Both the position numbers and the translations under genes were made by a program. The notes beneath the pieces were generated by a model. It was given only the letters and a program-made list of their open reading frames with translations, had not been told where the DNA came from and made no database searches. A stretch of DNA of 62,200 nucleotides, counting the filler. It is 9 parts of 9 records of this genome, joined end to end, with 100 filler letters (N's around TTAATTAATTAA, not from the genome) between each part and the next. Parts side by side here need not be neighbours in the genome. Positions count along the whole stretch, not along the records: positions 19,313 to 22,790 come from SRR7504441_3101; positions 22,891 to 35,056 come from SRR7504441_3105; 7 more parts are not named here. The stretch is one strand, 5' to 3'. Below, one piece after another: positions 22,301 to 34,800 of this stretch. Within the stretch, counting starts at the first letter, position 1. Every line of letters begins with the position of its first letter.

Positions 22301-22573
22301 CAGTGGGAGGCTACCTACGCTGGGGCTGGGGCCAAGTTGCAGCAGCGCCGGATCGCAGCGCTGTACCGCCGGGTCAGAAGAGAGCTGGAAGAGCCGGCGC
22401 CAACTGCGGACCGGGCCACGCAAGGGCTGATCGCGCGGGGAGAAGCTATAGTGGAGCCGACTGTGGCTGATGGCGGGCCGAAGTTGGAGCAAGGCTGGGC
22501 GTGTGGGTGGAGCTTACCTCTGAAGGTGTTGTTTGAGCAAAGTGAGCGGCACTTTGCTAGCCACGCATGCTGA
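19313..22573 (+). CDS. RI-like leucine-rich-repeat protein fused to a GT49 (LARGE/B4GAT1-like) glycosyltransferase, 5'-truncated
   Basis: LRRs such as LEELGLSGNQLG and ITHLDVSGNLIGDHGA; GT49 motifs ITIVTQLSMDRL, YPINALRNLA, FLLDVDF, FEPYV, YDERFRGYGMNK. Confidence 0.85.
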   Translation, partial: AEAISLNDSSAVASLDLSRNKLGVEDASALTAAFGFDQRASPYVGLRSLRLLGCGLNSTAVEQILTMLYEGHSEALEELGLSGNQLGSDNSELVGKLVGEARNLSQLLLAKVQFDPERFFSGIGDMAIVNKSTFFLREVDLSLNPSDDSSWLLYLAKIIELCGLNFERLELNNSLRDTDTTDQANAAHGLAALVSCRAMRDGLLSLNGNPAGPIVAALPDLMLRGKSPKAIAVADCALGDESIATIFNALRNPNCVTTQVDLSHNLMYGPDIHKFHQRQSELTYEQFIEDPLSAAAETSVAVQERNMVAFQVGELFESEHAKIEKFVLTGDPEDSLAFGIQLAIPFWSLHKNKTITHLDVSGNLIGDHGATALAEALKVNRTITALRTDNNRVTTEGFAALRKALFKNRKVVDWPPAQKDLDNFVQLLAEAKEAATHDEEAAHELVRKACSGGQQNLPLKERGIQQIRTTKEILRKVERDAVKVQQIATQIEDAIIDNGIFQEERRKQHALEKENCTLSKRRNAWWWHAREVREKRDGLRQESFEHALMYKMWSQRARLRRKWSERCKLQEEREESCAFFNSPDLGWAASNMYMTEWSHSALWKQVPYHQKPDWADLYEEGLAHFEEERKWKEQYPHLEIWLEEATPVEKPDDYDELAEVELYGGRGPEDPSHHGQGGHSRTAPVPMGIRRAADGWHHAVASKWQQYSDAADERTLLNKMKPIQYSKKMLAWRSQLAPHSKDITIVTQLSMDRLARLEDMTKTWSGVISAAVLLPPQRFYSQCTSAMAQLACLHQRVEARGQCRLDIAVLYQLESPARAYDSLYPINALRNLALDQARTPLVFLLDVDFQPSDDLCTELNEAYDTLEAAMHSRVALVVPAFECSCPARMPRNQPSLIQSLDQKSTELFHVGHFAKGHAPTDLPKWRTADEAYRIPYQQCFEPYVIAARSLVPRYDERFRGYGMNKIAHLLHMHTDGFDLWVLPRQFVCAPAHPKSPQWEATYAGAGAKLQQRRIAALYRRVRRELEEPAPTADRATQGLIARGEAIVEPTVADGGPKLEQGWACGWSLPLKVLFEQSERHFASHAC

Positions 22574-22790
22574 CGACCGTCAGCACGCATGCTGATGGGT
22601 CATGGTGGAGTGCCAGTGGCGAGGTGATGTGGAAGATGCGATTCGACGATTGTGGGAGCTTGCGACAACTACTTGAAATCGGGCGAAGACTAGGAGGAGA
22701 CCCATCAATCATTCAAGGTCCGATTGTAATCCTCCAGCGGAGGGTATAGAAGTCCGCATCGTACATAGAGCTCTTTGATAAACCTAGACC

Positions 22791-22890
22791 NNNNNNNNNN
22801 NNNNNNNNNNNNNNNNNNNNNNNNNNNNNNNNNNTTAATTAATTAANNNNNNNNNNNNNNNNNNNNNNNNNNNNNNNNNNNNNNNNNNNN
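22791..22890. other. Artificial contig linker
   Basis: N44-TTAATTAATTAA-N44. Confidence 0.98.
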
Positions 22891-25800
22891 TGGGCTGATC
22901 CGGAAGTGGCCATTGTCAAAGCGCTCCGGATGATCCAGGAAGTGGGCGTGCTTGGCACTCAGCGCCATTGCAGTGCCATCCAGCGCGTCAGCATCGAACC
23001 GTTTGAGGGGAATGGTCTGGAGGCAGTCATTGCCCGATGCGAGTAGTCCCCAGAAATCTGTAGTGCTAGAGCCACCAGGAGCATAGCACATCATCGCTGC
23101 CAACATAAAATCTTGGGTTCGACATAAAATTGGATCGGGCTGTCTGGCAGGAGCGAGTTCAGTATTACCATCCTGTGGCCGAACCATGAGCAGACAATAA
23201 AGATGCTCAGCAATCGCTCCAACAGTTGGGTAGTCAAACATCATTGTGCTTGGCAATCTTGTTGTGCCGCCCAGCTCACGCTCTAGGACAGTCCTCAGTT
23301 CAATGGCTGCCAGCGAATCGACCCCACTGTCCATAAGTGGATCAGTAGTCTCGACTTCCACGGCAGCTGCTTCACGTACTCTGTAGGTGACCATCTCCTC
23401 CAAAGCTGCAAGCTGTTGGTCTCGACCCACGAGCCCCATAAGCTTTTTCGTCAGCTTAAACTCACCACCGCCATTCTGCTCTATGGGACTCGCTTGCGAA
23501 CTGGCATCTTGCAGCTTTAGTATGTTCTGTATACTTTGGGTAAGCTCAGTGTCTCCGATCATCAACGTGATCGGCGTTACTAGTACTGAATGGAGCGAGA
23601 ACCATGCACTAGACAATGCTCGGAGCCCAGTGGCAGGTTCAAAGCTTGACATGGCGTTTGCTTTGTTGGCCCTTGTGTCAGCACCAGATCTAGCTGCGTA
23701 CCCAATCTGCGACCAGATGCCCCACTGCAACCCCACAGCGGTCTGACCAAGCCCCTTGAGCCGTTGCACCAACGAATCGAGCGCAGCATTTGCTGAAGCA
23801 TGGGGTGATTGTCCAGGTGATCCCATTAGCCCAGCAACCGACGAGTAAACTGCATGGCAGTCGACCGATGCCGACTGAGTGAGCTTCACAAGGTTGGAAG
23901 CTCCATCAACTTTGGGACTTGTGACTTTCTGGAATCTAGCGAGCTGTTGGTTCTCAATGACGGCATCCGAGAGCACACCCACGCTGTGTACTAGGCAACA
24001 TAATGATGAACACTCCAGAGTAAGTCGTTGCACTTGGTTCAGCTGGATCATATTGCAAGCAACAGCCTGTACTCGGACGCAGGGCCCACGATGCAGCTGG
24101 TTGAGAGTATTGTCCGACGGATCTTTGACAGTGCCTTGACGCGATGTAAGTACTAACTGCAACACACTGTGACGCTCCACAAGCCAGCAAGCTGTCGCCA
24201 GGCCAACACCGCCCAGTCCGCCTGTGATGATAAAGCACCCAAGAGATGTTGGAACTGCTGCTATTTGCCGCCCAAGCGCTACGGGTTGCATTGCCCTCAG
24301 TATAAAGACAGTCTGACTATCCAAGATGCCAGCTTCGCTAGCCTCAGGCTGCAATGCATTTGGTACCAGCTCGAACCCAGTCACATGAAACCACGCCCGC
24401 CACTGCTGCCGTGACTGTGGGCCAAAGTCGCGCCCATCGCTGAAAAGCCACCAACCCTCTGTTAGGCCCCATGTGCAGTCTACCACTGCGGTGTGCGTTG
24501 TCTCAGTAATTTCAGAGAGCACCAGCATCCCTGCTGGATGCAATAGCCGATGAATATTGGTAAGCGTGTCTCTCAAGTCTCTTGTAGCATGCAACACGTT
24601 CACGGCAAGTACAGCATCGAAGCTGTAGGCGGGGAACCCCTGCTGGACCGGATCAAGCTCAGCATTGAAAATGCCGTAGCGGACAAATGGGTACTGGCCT
24701 TGCCATCGCTGGCGCGCCCTCTTAAGAAATACATCCGAGAGGTCGGTGAACCAGTACTCTGAGGAGGACGAGGGCAGCAATGGCAGTACACTCGTAGTTG
24801 TGCCACCGGTTCCACCACCAATCTCGAGCAGTCTGATTTCTGCTTGTTCGCTCACGGCATCATTGGCAAGGACCTCGATTGCAGTGGCTGCTAGCTTGTT
24901 GTAGAACTGGGTTCCCGGCGAGTCTGCATACTCTGCTTCTGCCTCGGCCATGCTGCCACCTGGGAAGAGGAGTTCCAGTGGATCTTGCTGGCCCGTGAGA
25001 ACGGCTCCCAGTCTTGGCCCGCACCTGCACACCTCGGCTCAAAACGATTCAAGAATAAGCCCACCTGGAGAGGAGGGCAAGAGAGGTCTCCACCTCCGGG
25101 TACTCTGAAATCACCTGCTTGTAAGTGAGTGAAGTTGAGCGCCACTCCTTTTCATTACTCAGCCTTGCATGCCAGCGCCGCCACAGCTTGCGGTGGTGCT
25201 CATTGCAAACCTCAGAAGCATCCATTAATTCCATGGCCTGCCAAAGGTACCGTCGAGCTAGAGCCTCCTGGGCCACTGCACAGGCACCCAGGCGCTCTAG
25301 TTCAAGTCGCTGACTTGCTGTCAATGCTGCCATGGCCTTTGCTGCACGATTTGGGATCTCAATGGCCATAGTGCTGGTGTATGGAGTCGCCGAAGACCCT
25401 GCTATTGCTGCAAGGACCGCCATGCTTGTCACCAGCCTGCGGCCGAATAAAGAGCCGAGTTGCATGACACACTCTGGCTCGTCTGCCGCCCTCCCAGCGA
25501 GTCTGTCATCTCCTGTGCACAAGTCGAGGCATTTGAGGGGGAGTTCTGGATGTTCGATCCGCACTGAGCGGGTTAGCCCCCAGGCAGAGGCCTGCAACCA
25601 CCCACACCCCAACCGCGCAGAGTGATGGCCGCCTGCAACTTGTGAGTGCATCGTCAGTGTAGATAGCGATGGATTTGCATTCGATCGAAGAGCGGTTTGA
25701 ACCAAGAGAAGCACATCGCGCAGCACATCCTCAACAGAGACTGCAATCTCAAGTGCACCTGCGTACTGAATGCTTTTACTCGCTTTGAGCAAATGAACTA

Positions 25801-28800
25801 CATCAACAACCGCCAAATCAGAGTGAGTGAGCACACTTGATGTAATGGGATTGATGTGCTTGTCTTCCCTAATGCTGATCCACTCGGTCTGCCACAAAAT
25901 GCGAGCCTGCTTGTGTTTGACATCCTCACCGCATCTGGAATCCAACCGACCCGCTTGGAGATAAGTGTTCCGGAGACTCCTTTGGTTATGACCTTGTGAG
26001 ACCAGTTCTGGGAGGAAATTGGAATTACTTGGGTCTTCAAACGATGAATCGCGCAGTGCTGCGCTCTCATCTGCAGAGTCTAACCCAGGGTCTCTTAAAG
26101 TCACGACTGCATGCTGCGTCCACTCGCTGCGTCCCACACTCGCCTCGATGCTGCACAGCTGTCCTGTGTCACTTACGTAAGCAACTACCCGTATCATCAC
26201 GGGTATTGTACCATCTAGCACAAGCATTGCTATGAACTGGGCCTTGGCCACGGCCAACTCACCATCAGATCCTGCCAGGATGGCTAAGCAGAGGTACCCG
26301 GCACCAGGCATCACAGGCGTCCACCCCACACGGTGCTGAGCCATGTAATTGCAGCTCGGTGCAGGCCAGCATCGCTCATAGATGGCTCTAGACTGGTCTG
26401 GTGGGGCTACTGGGCGCAACATGGGTACTTGGGTGCCTGAAGACTCGGTGATGTCCAGCCATGGAAATGCTTGAAGCTTGTATTCCAGGGAAAAACACAT
26501 TCCGTAAGCTAAGTCGGAATGACCAGATGTTTTGGTGAGCATCTTTGATAGCACAGCGTGGCTGTTGGTGCCTGTATACCCAAATGAACTTACCCCGCCG
26601 ATCTCTGTCTCGAGTAGCACCTTTCGATGCGCGACAACATCCTGCAGGAAGAAGGCGTTCACCGCCCCGAGGTGGGGATTAATCTTTCGGAAGTGAAGGT
26701 TCCCTGCAGCGTGACCTTGCAATTCCAATGCACTCTTACACAGACTTGCAAGCCCGGCTGCGAATTCTGTGTGGCCTATTCTGGTCTTAAATGCCCCCAG
26801 GATCCTCTGTTTCCCAATGGGCGCGCGTTGCAATGCCTGAATTTCAATTGGATCCCCCAGGGCAGTACCCGTACCGTGTGCTTCAACAACATAATCTTTA
26901 TATAAATGTGAAGAGGTCTGTGCAAGTGCAGCCAGAACCACTTGAGTCTGTGCTGGGCCGTTGGGAGCCATCAGACTGGCACTTTGTCCATCTTGATTAA
27001 CGCTCGATCCTTGTAAAAAGCATATACTCTGTACAAGCATATCTTGATTAACGATTACAGCAGCACAGCAGCATTCACCACGACCATAGCCATCTGCATG
27101 GCCATCAAACGTCTTGGAGCGCCCGTTGGGAGCCAAGGCTTGTAGAGCACACATGGCAGCCCATGGGCCTAAGCCCAGCATGAGGTTGACTCCAGCCACC
27201 ACTCCCAGACTGCATTGCCGCTTGGCTAAGCTCATGCTGGCAATGTCGAGTGCCACAAGCGAGGCAGAGCATGCTGTGTCGACTACCAGTGCGGGACCTT
27301 TCAGCCCGAGTAGATACGAGATTCGGCCAGCACTTGCTGCTGCATGTGACCCGTGCGCAGAATATGTTGACAGTGCCCTATTGGAGGTCATGCTCAGCCA
27401 TTCGGATCCACCAAAGCCTATGAATACACCAGTGTCCGAGTCCATCAGGGACCTACGCACCAACCCAGCCTTTGTCATGGAAGAGAAAGCAATTTCCAGT
27501 AAGATTCGATGGTTTGGGTCTGTGACCTTGACTTCAACTGGGCTCATCCCAAACCACCGAGCATCAAAGCATTCGCTACTCGCAACGAAATAGCCGTGTT
27601 TAACATACAACAGAGTGGTCGGGCCATTCAGTGACTGGGCGCCTTCGATAGGTTGACAGTGGTCTTCAGCGCCATGCAGCAACATGGAGATACTTGCTCG
27701 AGAGGTGGTAGCAGGAGCTCGGCTATCAAGGGACAGGATGCGTGTTTCATGCGGGAATGCACCCGCGCCTTGGCCAACTGTCATCCCTTCTGCGTTGTCT
27801 GTGATCGCTTTACGCACCAGGTGTTTAATTGTCCTCTCCATTGTTGGATAGTCGAAAAGCAGGGTCACAGGCACCTCCTGGTTGGAGATGCGCTCTAGCT
27901 CCCGTGCAATAGCCACAGCTTGATTTGAGGTCACGCCAAGCTGGAGAAATGATGTGGCCATAGTTTCGTCTCTAGGAGCACGCTCTGGTCCTAACACCTT
28001 TGCAAATACGGCCAGAATCTGCTGCTGTGTGAAGGTGCCAGCTTGCTGGTCTTTGGATGCATCCACGGAGCCTGAAGGTACGGGCGCACCCATTTCAGTG
28101 CGATCTACTCTAGCCATCAACTGGGATGTCTGGTTGTACTCTGGGACCAGGCTCTCCAACATGTCAACCTTATGAACAGTCGACTGGCTGACGACGAGGT
28201 GGACATTATCCCCACTCACTGACGTGCCGCTCAAGCTCCCAACGAGATGCGAAGTAGGATCAAGTCGCTCCACGTGTGCCACTGGAACACACACCCCACT
28301 ATGGCGCACAAGTTCGACAATTGGCTTGCAAACATGACGCTGCGCAGCCACCACGCGGTGCTGCAGCGTCATTGCCGTGGTCAATAGTGCAAGTAAGCCA
28401 GACGCAGCCAGGGAGTGTCCCATCGACGCTTTGTGACCCAGTAGGATCAGTTTTGTCCCCCTCTGCTTCTGGCCAAGCGCCTGAGCGACACCCTCTACTT
28501 CGGGTCCATCCGATGGATTGGAGCCAATCGCATGTAGATGTGTCACTGCGATTTGCCGCGTCTCAATCCCGGTCCCAGTGACTGCAGCGATGGCTGCCTG
28601 TGTTATCTCCTTTGGATCAGTGAAGCTTAGAGGCAGGAGAGTGCTAGTGCGAGTAGCACCCCATCCTGAAAGGTTGATATGTGCGGCCTCCGACGCGACA
28701 TTGCCCTGCAAGACTATGGCGGAGGCGGCTTCACTGAATACCAAACCATCTGCAGACTCGTCGAATGGTTGACAAGTACCGGACTTGGACAAGATTCCGC

Positions 28801-31800
28801 CTGCAAGCAACGAGAGTGCCATATCAGGCTTGAGTTTCAACGCGACTGCCCCTGCCAGAACGGTAGTGCACTTGCGCTGTCGAATGACGTGTGCACCATC
28901 CAGTACAGCAAGATAGCCAGACGAGCAAGCTGCTTCCGTGTTGGAGCTTGGGCCTGTGACTTTGAGTGCAGCAGCAAGCACACGCGAAACCATGTACGAT
29001 GCAAGTGGCAACATGAAGTCATGCGTGTCGACGCCCGTAAATATGCCTACTGTCTGGAATAGTAGACATCCATGTAGACTGGTAAGACTCTGCTGGATTG
29101 TGTCCATTAGTACTATCATGTGCGCATCTAACATTTCTGTGTCCAATGAATTCACTGCGAACGAAGACTTGTCCTCGGGTAACAGCTTATCCAAGTACAA
29201 ACCTGCGAGAACACCAGACGAAATCCCTCGGCACGCTTGTATCCAACGCTGCGGTATGACTCCACTCAACTGGCTTTGATGACACAAGACAAGTGCATCC
29301 CAGAACAGTGTGAGCTGCTTCATATCCCCAGGTAGTCTGTGGCCTATTGCAACTACGCTGATGGGTATATCATCCTTATTTGCTAACACCGCCGGTTGCA
29401 TCGCCTTGCTACAGTGAAGGAGATCACGAGAGGATGAACTCACTTGAGCCGAGAGAGATGCTGTAATGGCCCGAATGGTGGGGTGCTCGATGGCAAACGA
29501 CGTTGGCAACGTCAGTCGGAGCTCGCGCTCTAGCGACGCAACTAGTGCGAACATGGCGAGTGAATCGAGGCCAATATCTTCACGCAGGGACGCATCTAAA
29601 TCTAAGCACACCATTGAGCAATTGACCAGCTGAGAGACTTGACCCACCACCAGAGACTCTAGAGAATAGTCACTGAGCAGGATTGCATCGGGGTGTTTCA
29701 GAATGAGTAGTCCGGAATCTTCAGGTGTCCGAGGTTGAAGTATGCTGTCTATTGATTCACCGCTCGTCAGCCATGGTTTGAGGTTTGCCTCGACATCGGC
29801 TGGCAGGCTGTTCAAATTGCCAACCGACAGCTCAGGATCTAGCCACTCTGACTTGAGTGAGTCAACTAACGCTGCAAATGGATAAGGTAACGGGTGCATA
29901 TTGCTGTCAATCCGCTGCTGCAGCATGTGACAGGTGTCGCACCACGCCCTGGCATTTTCGCGCACAAACTCTGACGGCGTGAATCGACGATGATAATCTA
30001 TGCAACGATCGAGAACTTGATTCTGCAGTACCTGGTACAGCTCTGGTAGATGCTCAAATAACCGAGAAGCGCCATCCATGCTATCACCAAGCGTAAATTC
30101 GGTGTTTGAGAACTGAGGCAAATCAGCTTCCAGCAGCTCGCGCGAAAGGTCAGTGTCCTGTAACAGACGGAGAACAATCTCTGCCGAGAACTTGAAACCT
30201 TCTAAAGCACTGGAGCCAAATGGGCTCTGGTGTCCTCTTACGTCATCCAAAATGGCCTCAGCAATGCAGAATAGGTTGTGGTCGACCATGCCGAACCCGT
30301 TCATGGTGGACGTACCAACGATGTCGCTGATCTGGCCGTTGGTAGCAAACCCCACACATTTGATCAGCACACTGGCTGGCAGGGCCTTTAACTCGACCGA
30401 TGTAGGGCTAGCATGAAAGATCGTGCTTGGAGCGAGCCTCGATACTGTACCTGTCTGAACGCTCACCAACTTGAGATGGTGTCCAATGTACCAAATGTCT
30501 GACACACTGATGGTGTGCCTCGGAGGAGTAAACACCCCCCGTGCAGCCTCAACGGGCAGCGGTGCTCCAACAGCCTGATGGAGGCCGTGCCATGCTTGTA
30601 GCACGCGTAGAGCACCTGGTGGGGCGTGTTGCAGCTTCTCGCTGTAAGGTCGAGCAAAGTTGAGGTAATCCACAATGAGGGGACAGACCCCACCAATTCT
30701 GCGGCATAGCACACCAACACGGACGGCACCTTGTTCAAGGGCAGTTCGAGTATTTTCCACCGCAAAGGCGCCCATACCAACAATCACAACATCTTGGTCT
30801 TGAAAGTCGACTTCCTCCACCTCACGTCCAATCCCATAGCATATGGAGCCGCCAAAGCAGTCTTCTCCAGGATAGGCCAGTCGCCTTGGATGGCCAAGCC
30901 GTCGGTTCACACACACAATAGCTGCATCACAGTGGATGATTTGGTTGCTCCCAGTGTGGAGATTGACGCATTTTACCTGGTATGCCAGCTGACCCTCATG
31001 GACCTTTTGGATAGTCTGGACATCGGTATTGAGCCACAAGCAAGCCCTCATTTCAGTCGCAACAGCATGAAGATCTGCCAACACCTCGCAGGCAGTTGAA
31101 TGGTCCGAGTTGGGTCGGTCGGGTCGAGTGGCAATACGGTACGCCGGTTCAGAGGTATTCACCCGTGATGTTCCTGCAACACAGTGGTCAGGTGAACACA
31201 CACAAGCATGCCAGCAGGTGTCACTGTTTGCATGGTGCAGCCAAACGCCACCAACTCCTGCAGTACGTTCAAGGATGCAGACTTGCAGATCCGCCTGCCT
31301 GAGCCGACGTGCTACAGTTAGACCTGCCACGCCTGCTCCAACCACTACGACCTGTGCTTTGGGAGGCAGCCGCTTGTCGTCCTTAGGAAGCCAGCTAGGC
31401 CATGTCGCATTCGAATCTGTCTGAGCGGTAATAATTTCTGCCAACTGAAGAGCATTGACATCGAAGAGTTGCTTCAGAGGACAGCAGGACAACTCAGGCC
31501 AGCTGCTAGTATAGTCCGAAGGCGGCTGTATGCTGTCAGTCCAAATGTCAACGATTGGAAGGACACTTGGATCGGTTTTTGGAGCAAAGTAAAGAGATTT
31601 GATGTTACTGGAGCAAGCCACGGCATAGAGGCAGATCGGAGAGGCGAAGGTGTACTTGCGAGCCAGAGCCTGTGCAACACCATATGCCCAAATCGCACCA
31701 GTTTCCATTCCAACAAACACATTTGATACATCACTATATGCTGACACATGACTAACTAATTCCTCCGTCTGATCTTTGTTAAAGGCTGCAGCATCGCTGC

Positions 31801-34800
31801 ACCGGATAGCCAAGACGTCAAAGGACCGTGCACCAAGTGCCTTTGCCGTGACCCCCAACCAGCTGAGGCTCTCAGTTTCTGTGAAAAAGATAAAGCAGCG
31901 AGAACTAGGCTGGACAAGACCACTGTAGCCTCCAGACACTCGCCTGACTACACCTCGATGCCCAGGCCATGCCCAAGGAATCACAGCGTCCATCTCTGCC
32001 TCGGCCTCTAGCGTGGTGTCCCAGGCAGCAATCTGCTTGCCACACCATGCTTCGGAGTGTGCATCACCAGGTGTCCACCAGGTGAACGCTTGTTGCTGGT
32101 ATAACACCATGTATTTCACATCAAGCACGAGGGCAGAAGATAGGTCAGCAGTCATGAGTGACTTGCCCAGCATAGCATGACAGTTTGTACCAGTATACCC
32201 AAAGGAGCTCACTCCTGCTGTATTGGCGAGGATGCCACTGTTCTGACTCGGCAGCACCACGCAGAAAGCTTCCAGATCCAGATATGGGTTGACCCTACTC
32301 AAGTGAAGGTTGGGGGGCACCCAGCTCAGCTGCAGCCCCACCACCACTCTCCCGAGCCCTGCCAGCCCAGCTGAGTACTCCGTGTGACCAGTCCGGGTCT
32401 TCAGCGCTCCAAGCGCAGCGGGAGTTTGCTCATCGCCACTACCAAGCACGCTATGTAGTGCCTCCACTTCGACTGGGTCACCCAGGGCTGTGCCCGTGCC
32501 ATGAGTCTCCACTGTGTGCTTGGTACTGGCTTCTTTTCCTACCATGGCTAGCTTGATGACAAGCTGCTGTGCTGGTCCGCTTGGAGCTGCAAAGTTGGCA
32601 CTGCGGCCGTCCTGATTAACCCCGCTTCCAGTCAGCACCACAACATGCGCTCCAGAATCACTGTGATAGATCTGCAACAGCGCTGCAAAGCAACCCTCGC
32701 CCCGACCGTAACCGTCCGCCGAGCCATCAAAAGTCTTGCTCTTGCCGTCTAGTGCCAGCGGCAGCCCAGGATCCCGCACCCAGGCCACCCAGTGTGGATG
32801 AATGTTTACTCCAGCACACAGCGCCGCCATGCCTCGGTCCATTCTAAGGCACTGTCGAGCTGCGTCCACCGCCACCAGTGAGGACGAGCAGGCTGTGTCA
32901 ATCGCCAGGCAGGGGCCCCGCAGTCCTAGTGTAAATGAGATCCGGCCAGCAGCAGCACACGCCGATTTCCCGTGGTTGCTAAACACTGTGTGATCACGGC
33001 CATTGACCAAGTTGACCCAAACTGACTGGCCAAAGCCGATAAACACCCCGAGCTCGGCCTGCATCAGCGTGTGCGTAGACCACCCACCTTGAACCAGCGC
33101 CCTAAATGTGGTCTGGAGGAGCAGCCGCTGGTTGGGGTCAGTGGCCATGACCTCAGCAGGACTCATGGAGAACAGAACAGGATCAAACAGCTGAGCATGC
33201 TGCACGAAGTGCCCTGGAAGCAAAGTGCTATCGAGCGGCAGCGTTGCAGGATAGGCCCGGTCAGACGGTGGAAGGCATAAGGGATCATTACCAGTGCAAA
33301 GATCTGCCCAGAATGCAGGCAGGGTAGAGCAGCCGCCTGGACTGGCACAGGTAAGCGCAGTAATTGCACAGCACTTGACGGAGTTGGGACTAGTACCTGA
33401 CACAAGTCCTATGCTCGGCTGTTGACCGGCAGGACCTGCGGCTGCACAAGTCCTATGCTTGGCTGTTGCGCAGCAGGACTGCTGAGTGAGGTCTATTTGG
33501 TGCATTTGACCGAAATACTCAATGATTCCTTGGAGGGTAGGGTGAGTAAAGATGAGTGTCTGGGGTGTGCGGACACCAGTCATTCTCCTCAGGTCGTTGT
33601 TGAGGCGTACAGCCTGACGTGACGTCAAACCAGCGGCCATGAGCGGCATGTCCAAGCTGATCCAGATACCAGTGATATCTTTAACCACCTCACGTATTGG
33701 CTGGTGCACTAATGGATCTTGCACCAAAGTTACTGGTTCGTGGCTGTGCAATGGCTCACTGGTGGCAGCTGGAGGCTTCGCTGGGCTCTTCGCCTGTTTT
33801 GTGTGTGACGACACTGGACTGAGCAGAGGCAAGATTGCATGACTTTGCTCGTTCTGTTGTCTCAAGATGATATGCACGTTCTGGCCCGAAGCAGAGGTGC
33901 CGTTTATTGACCCGCATAGCTCTACCTGGCTGTCAAGTATGGCAGCGCGGCCAACAGGCAGAATTAGCGAGGAGGATCCAGATATGATTTCTATGCACTT
34001 TGTCACACCCATGTGAACTGGAACAACATGATGATGCATCACAAGCGTCGAAACAACGAGCGCTACAATCCCGGCAGCATGCCCACTGTGTCCAATATTC
34101 GCCTGCAGCACACAGCAAAGCTCAGTCAGTCATGAAAGCCGCTCAACTGAGCCTCACCTTATGTCCCGCTAGAACCAAAGATCCTTTAGATGTCGCTGTT
34201 TCCTGCACCCGGGTAACAGCAGCAACTTCTGGATCATCTGAAGGAGGCGATCCCATGGCATGCAGATGCATGAATGAGAGCGGGCCTCTTTGAGGGCAGC
34301 GGGCTCTTCCTAGTGCTTCGAGCATAGTGCAAGCCATGCAATCAGGGTCGGCGAATCCTAGTGGTAATAGTGAACTCACGTATCCCAGAGTGGACGTGCA
34401 GATTTCGCCACACACTACCATGTTATTGGTCGAATGGGCTAAGCGGAAAGCAGCACAGCCCTCACTCCAGACGGCTCCATCCGCAGCACAATCTAAGGGA
34501 CGCATTCGACCGGATCGTGAGGTTATAGCCAATACATCTGGGGATACAGATTTCATATGGGTGCTATCCCTCGGAATCCGCAGTATCCCACCAATCGCTG
34601 CTACGTCACATTCGCCTCTGAGAATTGTTTGTAGCGCTTCGTGGATTGCGATGTAGCCAGAAGAACATGCCGCATCTGCGTTAGAGAGAGGGCCCCCGGC
34701 ATTCAGTTTTGATCCCACAATCCGGGACATGAGGTAGGTAGGTACGGTATCCACAGGTCCTGGCGCATACGAAGTAAAAACACCAATCTTAGTCTCCGAT

